Below are positions 23,586 to 33,710 of a DNA stretch of 64,000 bases, piece after piece (positions within the stretch are counted from its first letter, which is position 1; each line of letters starts with the position of its first letter). The notes under the pieces are model-generated. The model did not search any database. It was not told the origin of the DNA and was given only the letters and a program-made list of their open reading frames with translations. Source of the DNA: Azolla caroliniana. Lineage: Eukaryota > Plantae > Polypodiophyta. Made by a program: the position numbers and the translations under genes. The stretch lies in NCBI GenBank assembly GCA_043228905.1, contig JBHGNT010000009.1, positions 4,650,001 through 4,714,000 on the forward strand. Reading direction: 5' to 3'.

Positions 23586-24117
23586 CGAAGAGTTCGTATC
23601 TGTATTGTAACCACCGCCTGTGGCGAAGACAGTGAACAAGAGGTCGTTGCCTCTGTGTTCATCTATTGTATATTGTTACATAGTGATAGTTAGTAGTTAG
23701 TGGACTGTCGTGGTTTTTCCCGTGTTTGGGTTTTCCACGTAAACATCATGTGTACTCTTCTCTCCATTGTGTCGTGCATTCATTCCCGTTTTTCTGTGTT
23801 TGATTCTAAGCTTGGTTGTGGCCGAGCATTGTTCATCGAGAGCGTGTAGTTCCTTGACAATTCTGCAGCAGCACTTCGTCCTTGCCAACGCGCGATACCT
23901 TTTTCTTCCTTCTCTCCCTCCTTAAATAGTTTATTCCCTGCCCCTCTCGACAGAGATACGCACAAATCCCCTAATAAATGTGTACTACCTAGTATTTACA
24001 TCAGCCAACCTAGTTATGAATCATGTACAAAATATCAATTCTCGCGTCCACCCATGTAAGAGCCGGTTCATGCGCCTTTTTCTCCAATTCCGCCTATGGC
24101 CGGTTTTCTTCACGACA

Positions 24118-24220
24118 ACGGCCGTTGTCTTTCTTGCTCCTACTCCTGACCGATTATTCCTCGGTCCAAGACCCCCGTGGTTCCGCCTCGTTCTATACGC
24201 ACGCGCGTAACAACGCGACA
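24118..24220 (+). repeat. Terminal (U5) 103 bp of another Ylt1-like family LTR (E), the target of element D
   Basis: CCAAGACCCCCGTGGTTCCGCCTC...CGCGTAACAACGCGACA matches the LTR ends of B, D, F and I. Confidence 0.8.
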
Positions 24221-25792
24221 TATACGTGTGGGACATTAAAGTACTTATCTAAATCACACAACCTAGTATTCATCAACACATAAATATTACATATGTTTGT
24301 ACATAAAGACAATTTTGTGTGCATCCGTGCACACCCCCATTCACGCGCATTTGGCGAGTTTTCTCCTACTAGTCGGAATCCTCCACGACAATGTGAACGT
24401 TACTTTAGGATGTACATTACTTTAAGTCTAAGGATGATTTTTTTCACTTATGTGAATAATATATTGCTACATTTTAGAGAATTTAATTACCGAAGATTGG
24501 TATACACTGATCCCACAAGCGTGTGTGGAATCCTCACTTACACAAGAAAGTTTTTCCACATGAATTTTACCCAAAGGTTTATCACACACACATTGAAGAA
24601 CATGTAAAGGTGAACTTGTGGAACTGACCACAACTTCAATCTAGGGACTCTAAACTCGTGCATATAATCACCATGGATTACATCCTACAACAGAAAATCA
24701 AACAACTAAAATCAATTCAAATGCTTGCACCTAAAACTCATCAAGATTCTTGAACCTGGATATCAAATGCGTATACCATGTTAATATGTCGGGTTTTGAC
24801 TACATTTTATATCTAGACATCATTGACATCCATCCTTTTTCAAAAAAGTTTCCTAATTTAATAGTCAATCGAAGAAATTTTAACATGTCTCAAATGCCCA
24901 AACCTTTACCACGTTATTATATTAATTACATTTGGTCTCTTAAATTCAGCAACTTTAAAAATGTTCTAGAAACTACATGTTTAATAGATTTCTACCCACT
25001 TCTTAAATTAACAACTCATTTGTGATATTGAAAGATTTAAATACATTTCGTTTCGAGAAACATCAATCTTATAAATAAACATTCCACACAAAGTTTGATT
25101 TCTGTAACTTGTTGAATGTTATTAAATATCGAAGATTTTATCTAGTTTGAAGAACATGTGATACTAGTGTATCAAGCTCTTGTATATAGCCTAAAATTAC
25201 ATAATTATAGAGGGAATCTAAAAGTGGAATACGCGATCCTTCCACTTGTGAACACAAATATGTTAGTACTTGAATGCTCATAAATGAGCGTCTAACAATA
25301 TCTGAACATAACATTCCTAATACTATGTTCATCCATAACGGCTTTGATGCTCAATCAGTTTCTTCAGTCGTCGTGGCATTCGGCTTCTCAAGCCGATCCT
25401 CCTCAGCCAACTCAGATGTCGGCTTCTTTAGCCGATCCAGCTCATGTTGAGCTTGTCTCTCAACAACCTTTATTTTCCTAATCTCCTCAAGCTTGTTGCA
25501 TTTGTGCGCAATAATTGGAGGTGGGTATTCCATGTTGAATGACAACACAAAATCATCAAAATATGATTTAATGTCATTGCGTAGATTTGAGGCCAAAATG
25601 TGGCTAACCCCCCATTAGTAGATGCTCAAGGCACTAGTGAGGCTGAATGGCATTTGTTTGTAGGCAAATCCACCAAATTCCATGGGGAACATCATTTTAT
25701 GTTGGTTTCTAACACTATGGAGATTTGGCTCCTTTCCCAACTACCCTTTCTAGTAGGTGTTCAATGTAGTGGACAAGATAGTTGTCATGGAT

Positions 25793-26360
25793 TGTTGGTT
25801 CGTTGATTTGATACTAATCGACACAAATTTAGATATCGTCGTTCTTTTTTGGGACGACTGTTGCCTTCCTCTCCGGAGGCGACAACTTCGATTCCTAACC
25901 GGAATCGAACCAAAGGACTGTGGTACATGGTGGTCAGATCGCTTTTACGAAACGGGATGCCACCCTACAGATTACATAAGAGGAAACCTCGGCTATGCAT
26001 ACACGATTGGGAGAGATAGGTTACTTAACAATTATTAAAAGTGAACAATGAAACAAAATAGACCCAACATTGTTTAGATTACGGAATGAGTAGTGATTAC
26101 AGTTACACGGCTATCTGCCGAAATGTATCAGATACACTGTAGTAGGATTAATTACGTAGTAACCTCTGACTTCTCTCCTATATGTCTCTCCCTTCTTCCT
26201 TCGATCTGTTGTTCCTTATATAGATGTTCCTTGGTGCGCTCCTTCCTCGTTTTCGGTTGTGTCTATTTTGGCTGCTTCTAATTGCTTTCGGTTGTTTACC
26301 TACTGCTACCTAATTCCTATTGCGATTCTCATATGTTACTATTTTGGCCCACGGACAACA
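25793..26360 (-). repeat. Possible old solo LTR
   Basis: TGTTG...CAACA termini and minus-strand CTATATAAGG at ~26214-26223. Layout resembles the C LTR. No TSD found and the ends are uncertain. Confidence 0.35.
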
Positions 26361-27859
26361 ACGACAACAATTAGTGAGACTTAGGTACTTCATTCAAATG
26401 GGTTTATTCATACTATCCAATAACATTTTATTGACTTTAGTTTTAACTTGTTGCTCGTAGTGCGGGTTCATTAGTCGAAGTCGTTATCTTACGGGGTTCA
26501 TCAATTGGGGTATGCCTTTCAGGTGAGTTGTTCAGTGTGGCCTACATCATACGAATGAGCGAGTTCCTTACATAATTTAGGCTAGGGCATTAGGTGGTTT
26601 GAGGGGAGGCATAACTATGGTTGCTTGACATTTGACAAGGCGTTTGGGTGTGTTTTCCCTTGTACCTTGGCGAGCCATTTGGCCTTGGTAAGATCTAGAT
26701 TTAAGGGGCATACAAGGATATTGAGTGCGTCCTCTTGTTCAATCTTTGGCGCATCAATTATACGAATGAGGTTGAAAAACAACACGGTGTGGCCATCTTC
26801 ATCGGAGCATCAAGTACCGATTTAGTATATGGCATTGGTGGTTGTTAAGGCACCCCAATTCATTCATGTTTGAGGATGTGGATGGTGTGGACTTAGCATC
26901 TCCTTTAGCTTCCGGCCAATGTTCGAGGTAGTGGTTGAATGTTTGGCCTCTTGGAACGAGAATTGTTATTTTTCTTTCCTTCATGCATTGGTATGTGAGG
27001 AGGTTAGTTTCAAAGACCTAGAGGGGGCACTTTAAAACATAAACCAAGAGGTGAAAGGCCACCTACAAAGTAACTATTGGCTATGGCTGCATTGCGAAGC
27101 CTCCATAGGCCCACAATTGGTTCACTCAAATTGCCTACTATTATGGACGGATTGAACACTATCTTATAGAATTTCACTCAGACAAAAAATCAGAAATCGA
27201 ACTTAGACCCAAACAGAAAATGAAGAACACACGATTTACGTGGAAAACCCTGATTTCAGGGAAAAACCACGGGAATAGGAAATTTCACTATGAGCAATTA
27301 CGGAATACAATCAGAACAATAAAACCTGATTTGGTATGGGAGTGTGCTGAAACCACGATTTTAGCCGACCGCATCCAAACCCTAGCACATAGACGTTTAT
27401 TCCTTTTGAAGCTTCCCAAGCTTCTCTGTCTTTCACTCTCTGTTTCTCTTTTGATTCTCTCTTCTTTTCTTCTCTCTTAGCTTCTGAGTACGTATACTCT
27501 TACACAGCCACTACTGTGTAGAAAACTCAGTCGTTCTCAGAGTTACGCATACATACAACTCGTTTTTCCCTCATACATATATACTGCCAGGCCTGTTGGC
27601 ATATATATATACTAGGTCGTTTTTACTTTATATGTAAGAAGGCATATGCATATGTATATGTGTCCATTTGATTGAGTACAAATTCGGCTTTCTCACCGAA
27701 TTTGGTCAATTGACCCCCGATTCAGTTCTTCGGCAAACCGACCATTCTTTTGCTCTCTGACCGACTTCGGCCAAATTCGGTAATCCGACTATTTTCAGCT
27801 TCTCAGCCGATTTCGACCAGCCGACTCTTAAGTCGACTTCCCCGCAAGGAGGGACACCT

Positions 27860-30372
27860 TTACACAACAAACTCCCCCTTCACTCCTATAGGGGGAGGAC
27901 CAACCAAGCCAATCTTATTCCGGCATGCAACGAGTTTTTCCATAGACAGAATTTTTGTGAGCATGTCCGATCCATTTTCTTCAGTGGGGATCTTAGCTAG
28001 AACAAACTCATTTTCTTCCACTCTTTCTCTTAACCAATGGTACCTTCTTTGAATGTGCTTTGTATGAGAGTGGTAGGTAGCATTCTTAGCCAGATGGATA
28101 ACACTTTGATTGTCACAATGAAGTAAGTACAAGGTCTTGCTTCAATCCTAGTTCGCTCAAGAACTCTCTCATCCAAATCAATTCTTTTCCGGCTTCCACT
28201 GCAGCCATATACTCAGCCTCGGTGGTTGACAAAGCCACAACCTTTTGCAATCTTGATTGCCATGACACAGCTCCCCCTGAATACATCATCACATACCCTG
28301 ATGTGGATCGGCTAGAATCTACATCACCCGACATATCAGAATTTGTAAAGCCTTCTAGCACAAGTTTCCCAGAGCCATATCTAAGACATACATTCGAAGT
28401 TCCTTTGAGGTATCTGAGAATATATTTTACGGTTGTCCAATGCTCCTTCCCAGGATTACTCATGTAACGATTAACGGTTCCAACAGCGAATGCAATGTCC
28501 GGCCTTGTGCAAACCATAGCATACATAAGGCTGCCAACAGTAGAAGCATACGGCACTCTCCTCATCTCTGCCTTATCTTTCTCAGTTTTCGGACATTGTC
28601 CTGAATTTAACTTACAGTCCATTGGCAATGGCGATCCGACCAATTTTGCATTGTACATATTAAACCTTTGCAAAACTTTTGTCACATATTTCTCTTGTGA
28701 CAGCCATAACATGTTTTCAGTCCTGTCCCGGACTATATGCATTCCCAAAATCTGTTTTGCCGGTCCTAAGTCTTTCATGGCAAACGATTTGCTCAATGCT
28801 TTCTTCAAGCTTGTAATCTTTTTGACATCCTGTCCAACAACCAACATATCATCTACATACAACAACAGAATAAGAAAATCACCCTCATCATATCTTTTCA
28901 CAAATACACAATGATCAGCTTGTGTTTTGTGGAATCCATCTACCAACATAAAGGACTCAAATTTCTTATACCATTGTCGTGGAGCTTGCTTTAGACCATA
29001 CAAGCTTTTCTTCAACCTACACACAAGATTTTCTTTTCCTTTTACCTCAAAGCCCTCCGACTGTTTCATATAGATTTCTTCTTCCAACTCACCATGCAAG
29101 AAAGTTGTTTTAACATCCAGTTGTTCGATTTCAAGATTCATACTGGTGGCCATACTCAAAACAGTCCGAATAGAGGTCATCTTCACAACTGGGGCAAAAA
29201 TCTCATCAAAGTCAACACCCTTTTTCTATTGAAAACCCTTTACGACAATCTGGGCCTTATACCTGGGTGTACTGTCGTCTTCACCAGTCTTTAATTTGTA
29301 GACCCATTTGTTTCTAAGTGCCTTCTTACCATCATGCAGCTCCATCAGCTCATAAGTTAAATTCTCATGCAAGGAATCCATTTCTTCTTGCATGGCATTA
29401 TACCATTTCTCCTTGTGTATATCAGTCATGGCCTCTTCATAGCATTCTGGTTCCCCTTCATCAGTCAAGAGGACATATTGACTGGCTGGATATCTAGAGG
29501 AGACCTTCCTTTGTCTTCATGGATATCTTCTTCCTTCAATAATTGGCTCATGGCCGTTTTCTTCCAACAACTCATCTTCCGACTCCGATTCGTGTGTATC
29601 AGTCTGATGTTGGGTGTCGACCGACTCAAATTCAACTTCGTTAGCCGATTGTTGTGTGGGAGTGGGATCGACTAGTATTGACTCCATAACAGTAGTCGAT
29701 TTGGGAGACGACTCTGGTCTTTGTTGCTTCCAATCCTCGATTGTCTTGTCTTCCATGAATATGACATCTCGACTTCTTATCACTTTCTTATCAAGGAGAT
29801 CCCACATTCTGTACCCGAAATCGTCTTCCGAGTACCCCAAGAATATACAAGGTTTGGACTTACTGTCCAGCTTTGACCTCTGATCTTTAGCAACATGTAC
29901 ATAGGTCAAGCATCCAAACACCTTTAAGTGTTGATACACACTTCTTCCTGTCCACACTCTTTGTGGTACATCCCCTTTTAGAGGCACTGATGGAGACTTG
30001 TTAATACGGTAAACAGTTGTCAACATTGCTTCAGCCCAATATGACTTTGGCAATTTTGCATGTGCCAACATGCTTCTTACCCTTTCCATTATGGTTCGAT
30101 TCATTCTTTCTGCTAGACCATTTAGCTCAGGTGTCTTCGGCACCATATACTCAAGTTTGATGCCTTGAGTCTTGCAATACATCTCAAATTGGCCTCTATA
30201 TTCGCCACCGTTATCTGTCCGGACAGCCTTCAGCTTCTGTCCGAATTCTCTTTCTGCCCTAGCATGAAACTCTTTAAAGACCGACAACACTTGTTCTTTA
30301 GACACCAACACATAAGCCCACACCTTTCTACTAAAGTCATCAATAAATGTGACAAAGTATTGTCCTCCACGA
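27860..30372 (-). pseudogene. INT-RT-RNase H of Copia H, disrupted
   Basis: ORFs 29517-30410, 29226-29468, 28113-29186 and 27860-28132 carry RTDNGGEY, LYVDDM and ALSTTEAEY. Stops and a frameshift are present. Confidence 0.92.
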
Positions 30373-31391
30373 TGTCGTGAAGATTTTCGGCAATAGTGTG
30401 AAAATCCCATAAAACGTACAAAATCGAGTATGAATCATGTAATACAATAATTGTGAAGATAACATTTTTAATATCTAAGTACAAAATGATGGAGGTTTCG
30501 AATGCACTTTATTACACGAGAAATGGACAACTAAATGTCAAGATATGAGGGTATAAAGTTTGTGAAAAGAAAAGAGAAAATTGTGAGATATCCCACATAG
30601 GCACGACAAATACGGCTCTCATCATATATAAGGAGGAGCAAAAGATAATATCTTTGTGTCTATGTGTGGAGCATAGAGAGTTCAAGGTAACTTGAACTTA
30701 GACTGGAGGTGGCTAGCTACTCGTAAAGGGTTTTGGCCAACCAAAACCGGACCGGCGATGGAGCCGGTGATCCGACGGCATCCGACCGCAATCCGATGGC
30801 GGCATGCGGCGTCGGTATCCGGCGTCGGCATCCGGCGGCGGCACCAGTACCCGGCGTCGGTATCCGGCGGCGGCATCCGGCGAACCGGCGACTAGATAAA
30901 ATAAATATATAAAAATATATACATATACAAGGAGGGCAAGTATGGATTCGAACCTTGCACCTCCAAGTTAGGAGTCAAATGGCTTACCATTAAGCCATAA
31001 TATTTAGTTGAAATTATATTTCTATCATTGTACTTTTACATGTAAATTCTCATCCATGAGTGCTAAAATGAGTGACATGGTTAGCATGCACCACATGTAA
31101 TACTTAAGTGCCAAATGGCAAACATGCAATTTATGCATGTCTTGTACCCTCACATGCATCATATGCATGAGAGCATCTATAAAAGAGGGAAGGGGGAGGA
31201 GAAAAACACGGTTTTTTTTTTATGAAAATTAAGAAGAAGAAATTCGTTATCAAAGCAATCGTGTAATCTCATCTTCTCTCTTTCCCAATCTTTCTTAAGT
31301 ACTTTCTCGCCAAACGACTCTAAATCCTTCTGGTCCAGAACCCCGGCGGTTCCGCCTCACGATCCGCGCGTAGTGACGGATCTTCACGACA
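30373..31391 (+). repeat. 5' LTR of element I (1019 bp)
   Basis: TGTCGTGAAG...CTTCACGACA, a 10-bp terminal inverted repeat. TATA CTATAAAAGAGGG at ~31176. Confidence 0.95.
30911..31004 (-). ncRNA. Putative tRNA-derived Pol III transcription unit in U3 of the I 5' LTR (not a canonical tRNA)
   Basis: A-box TGGCTTAATGG (30997-30987), B-box GGTTCGAATCC (30954-30944) and T5 run (30915-30911). D-stem GCTT/AAGC is intact, with anticodon-loop-like CTCCTAA. Anticodon, T and acceptor stems are degenerate. Confidence 0.6.
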
Positions 31392-31399
31392 TAATTAAG

Positions 31400-31417
31400 T
31401 GGTGAACCCGACGTGAA
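31400..31417 (+). other. tRNA-Trp primer-binding site of element I
   Basis: TGGTGAACCCGACGTGAA, 8 nt downstream of the LTR end. Confidence 0.88.
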
Positions 31418-31458
31418 AGAGGCGGTAGGAAGGATCAAGTCGAGATTAATACTTGGAG

Positions 31459-33657
31459 ATGGCGTCCTCAAGCAACCAAGCGGGAGAGCTCGAAAGGATG
31501 ATGCTAATCGTCGAGCAAATGATGAGATCTCGGGACAACGACGCGAGCGTGGAGAAGGCTGTCGATCGTGTCGTAGAGCTCGAGGGCCAATTCGATGGAA
31601 GGAACGTTACGAAGTTCCTTGATGCATATAAGAGGGAGATGAATCAAAGGGACGTGTCCGAGGCACGTCAAATCGCAAGCTTCAAGAGAGTTGTCGCCAA
31701 CAACATCCAAAGACGCGTCATCGAGCTTCAAGAAGGAAAGACAACATGGTCCGAGTTCGAGAAAACGATACTAGCGGAGTTCGTGACTGAAGACTCAACG
31801 AGGATGACTCGACATGCCCTGATGAAGTGGATAGAGAAGAAGAATAAGAAGATGAGCGTCTCGAGGGTGTACGACGAATTCGACCAGATGTTTAGTCGTC
31901 TCCCCAATACGGACCAAGTATTGCTTGAAGAGGACAAGACTTTGTACTTCTTGAAGGCCGTAGACATAAAGGATAGACAGGAGTTGGGGACTCTTCTCGA
32001 AGATGATACCCAAGCAAATGGGCTCGTAGCGGACTGGATCGCGGTGAAGCGGGCATGCAATAGGCTCGACAAGCGTCGCCAATGGGTTGATGACACCGAC
32101 ATGACGGGACCGACTACCACGGAGAAAGCAAGACCGCCGAAAGTAGTTGAGCCGCTGAGACAAAGTAACGTGGAAGAAAAGAAGATTGATGACGACATCA
32201 TCGAAGAACTAGCGAAGAAGTTCGAGAAGGTCACGCTAGCCAACATGAATCGTCGGGGCCCTAAAGGAAAAGAACCCTTTAGATGTGTGTGGTGCGATAG
32301 CATGGACCACATGAGAAGGGATTGTGCGAGCCTTCGAGAGGCGATTCGACAAAATATCGTATACATAGAGGACAACATGATCTGCTCAAGCGAGACGAGA
32401 AGACCCCTACGGGTGAATTTCGGAAGAGGAGGAATGAAGAGATCTATGGAGGATGCCGATGCGACTCATGTGGAAGCGATGCACTATGCTGCGTCGGCCG
32501 GAATAAGAGTCGGGAAAGACAAGACTGAAGCTGCTAGAGCGGGAGCAAAGTTTTGGACTTCCGTTCTCGAATATGAGAAGAAGGGAAAAATCACATCGAA
32601 TGAGGTAGAGCTTGCGGACCGAAGTGTGCAAAGCATAACCGGGTGGTCGGATCCGGTGGACGACAACACCATACTCGCAAAGGTGATGTGCGACAACCAC
32701 GAGGTGTTCGTCGAAGAAAAGAGAAAGAGAATAGAAGAGCAAGGGCCATCAAAAAGACATGAAACAAGGAACGCGAAAAAGAAGGACGATGCGGAGACGA
32801 GTCGACCTTTACAAACGGAGGAACGAGAATCAAGCCGAAAAGGGGAGCCGAGCATACGAGTTGAAGAAACGGTTCGGCCCGTGAAGGTTGGTGTCGAAGA
32901 CCCCGCTCGGAGGACAAGGACCATACCTACCTATAAGCTAAGGTCGGACATAGAGCAGACGATGGACCTAAAGAAGATTCTCGAAGAACGAGTTCTTGAT
33001 AGCCATGTAACTTTGTCCTTGAGGGAATTGCTTGGCATTACGAAGAAGGAGTTCCATGACACGATCGTGGACCTTGTAAAGAGAAAGAGACAACAATCGG
33101 ACGAGGAAGATGAGAAGCCGCAGAAAGCAAAAACGAATGCCATAACGATGGCAAGAGACGAAATCGATGAAGATATGGTGGACAGCCACTACACTCGACC
33201 TCATTGGGCACGAGCGACAACGGAGACGCCGGTGAAGATCGGGGAGAAGAAAGAGACTATCGTAGCCTTGATCGACCACGGCTCAGAGATCAACCTCATG
33301 TCAACCGACTTCTATAAAAAGGGAAGATGGCCAATTAATACAAACCACGGATGGAAGATTCGCGCGGCAACAAAGTCTACGGAGGACTTGTACGGAGCTT
33401 GTCCCAATGTCAAAGTCACGATCGGGGATGTGGAGATGGATCAACACTTCTTCGTACAAGAATCGGCATCGCATCCTGTCATCCTAGGGCAACCTTATAT
33501 CACATCATCTCGGATGGAGACCAAAGTGTTCGATAATGGAGCAGCCTTCGCACGAATAAAGAAACTTGACAACCAAAGATCGGTCCAATTCCTAACAGTG
33601 CGAGCCAATCATGAAAGGAATCGAGATAGTGTCGGAGGCGAATCCTCGGATTTTTAG
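31459..33657 (+). CDS. Gag-protease polyprotein of element I (732 aa)
   Basis: Uninterrupted ORF. CVWCDSMDHMRRDC knuckle and aspartic protease ALIDHGSEINLM...VILGQPY. Ends SSDF-stop. Confidence 0.92.
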   Translation: MASSSNQAGELERMMLIVEQMMRSRDNDASVEKAVDRVVELEGQFDGRNVTKFLDAYKREMNQRDVSEARQIASFKRVVANNIQRRVIELQEGKTTWSEFEKTILAEFVTEDSTRMTRHALMKWIEKKNKKMSVSRVYDEFDQMFSRLPNTDQVLLEEDKTLYFLKAVDIKDRQELGTLLEDDTQANGLVADWIAVKRACNRLDKRRQWVDDTDMTGPTTTEKARPPKVVEPLRQSNVEEKKIDDDIIEELAKKFEKVTLANMNRRGPKGKEPFRCVWCDSMDHMRRDCASLREAIRQNIVYIEDNMICSSETRRPLRVNFGRGGMKRSMEDADATHVEAMHYAASAGIRVGKDKTEAARAGAKFWTSVLEYEKKGKITSNEVELADRSVQSITGWSDPVDDNTILAKVMCDNHEVFVEEKRKRIEEQGPSKRHETRNAKKKDDAETSRPLQTEERESSRKGEPSIRVEETVRPVKVGVEDPARRTRTIPTYKLRSDIEQTMDLKKILEERVLDSHVTLSLRELLGITKKEFHDTIVDLVKRKRQQSDEEDEKPQKAKTNAITMARDEIDEDMVDSHYTRPHWARATTETPVKIGEKKETIVALIDHGSEINLMSTDFYKKGRWPINTNHGWKIRAATKSTEDLYGACPNVKVTIGDVEMDQHFFVQESASHPVILGQPYITSSRMETKVFDNGAAFARIKKLDNQRSVQFLTVRANHERNRDSVGGESSDF

Positions 33658-33710
33658 AGCGGACTATTGAAGCATGGGGCACAAATAGTCCGAGCAATCA
33701 CAAGACCCCA
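33648..33710 (+). other. Putative programmed -1 ribosomal frameshift signal
   Basis: G_GAT_TTT heptamer (33648-33654) in gag phase, then a 5-nt spacer. 9-bp stem CGGACTATT/AATAGTCCG. Loop TGGGG can pair with CCCCA (33706-33710). The -1 frame is open from here into pol. Confidence 0.75.

Larger units (their letters stand above)
18444..23859 (+). mobile_element. Ty1/Copia element G (Tnt1/Tork-like), full length, defective
   Basis: LTRs 18444-19065 and 23140-23859. Met PBS TGGTATCAGAGC at 19069-19080 and PPT GAAGGGGGAG at 23128-23137. TSD GTTCT/ATTCT (one mismatch). Confidence 0.95.
16814..24117 (-). mobile_element. 5' half of a Ylt1-like Ty3/gypsy element (D): 5' LTR (18083-18443 plus 23860-24117, split by Copia G), Trp PBS, gag N-terminal half
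   Basis: LTR termini TGTCGCG (18083) and CTTCACGACA (24117). PBS at 18061-18078. Gag ORFs are homologous to the gag of element I. Confidence 0.88.

Noticed and set aside
584-24117. B and D as the two halves of one intact element
   Set aside because: Their LTRs are too divergent, the flanks differ (ACGC vs ACGG), and they are inserted in different host sequences.
24221-27163. Host gene or defined element in the spacer between the two nests
   Set aside because: Short ORFs have no recognisable motifs or exon pattern. Probably decayed repeat sequence, apart from one low-confidence solo LTR.
30369-30372. ACGN target-site preference for the Ylt1-like family
   Set aside because: The B, D and I flanks start with ACG, but their orientations differ and the F and E flanks (CTGT, TATA) do not fit.
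30930-31004. Functional tRNA-Arg(CCT) / tRNA-Lys(CTT) genes in the I LTRs
   Set aside because: The acceptor, anticodon and T stems do not pair, and the anticodon differs between the two LTR copies. Kept only as a tRNA-derived promoter cassette.
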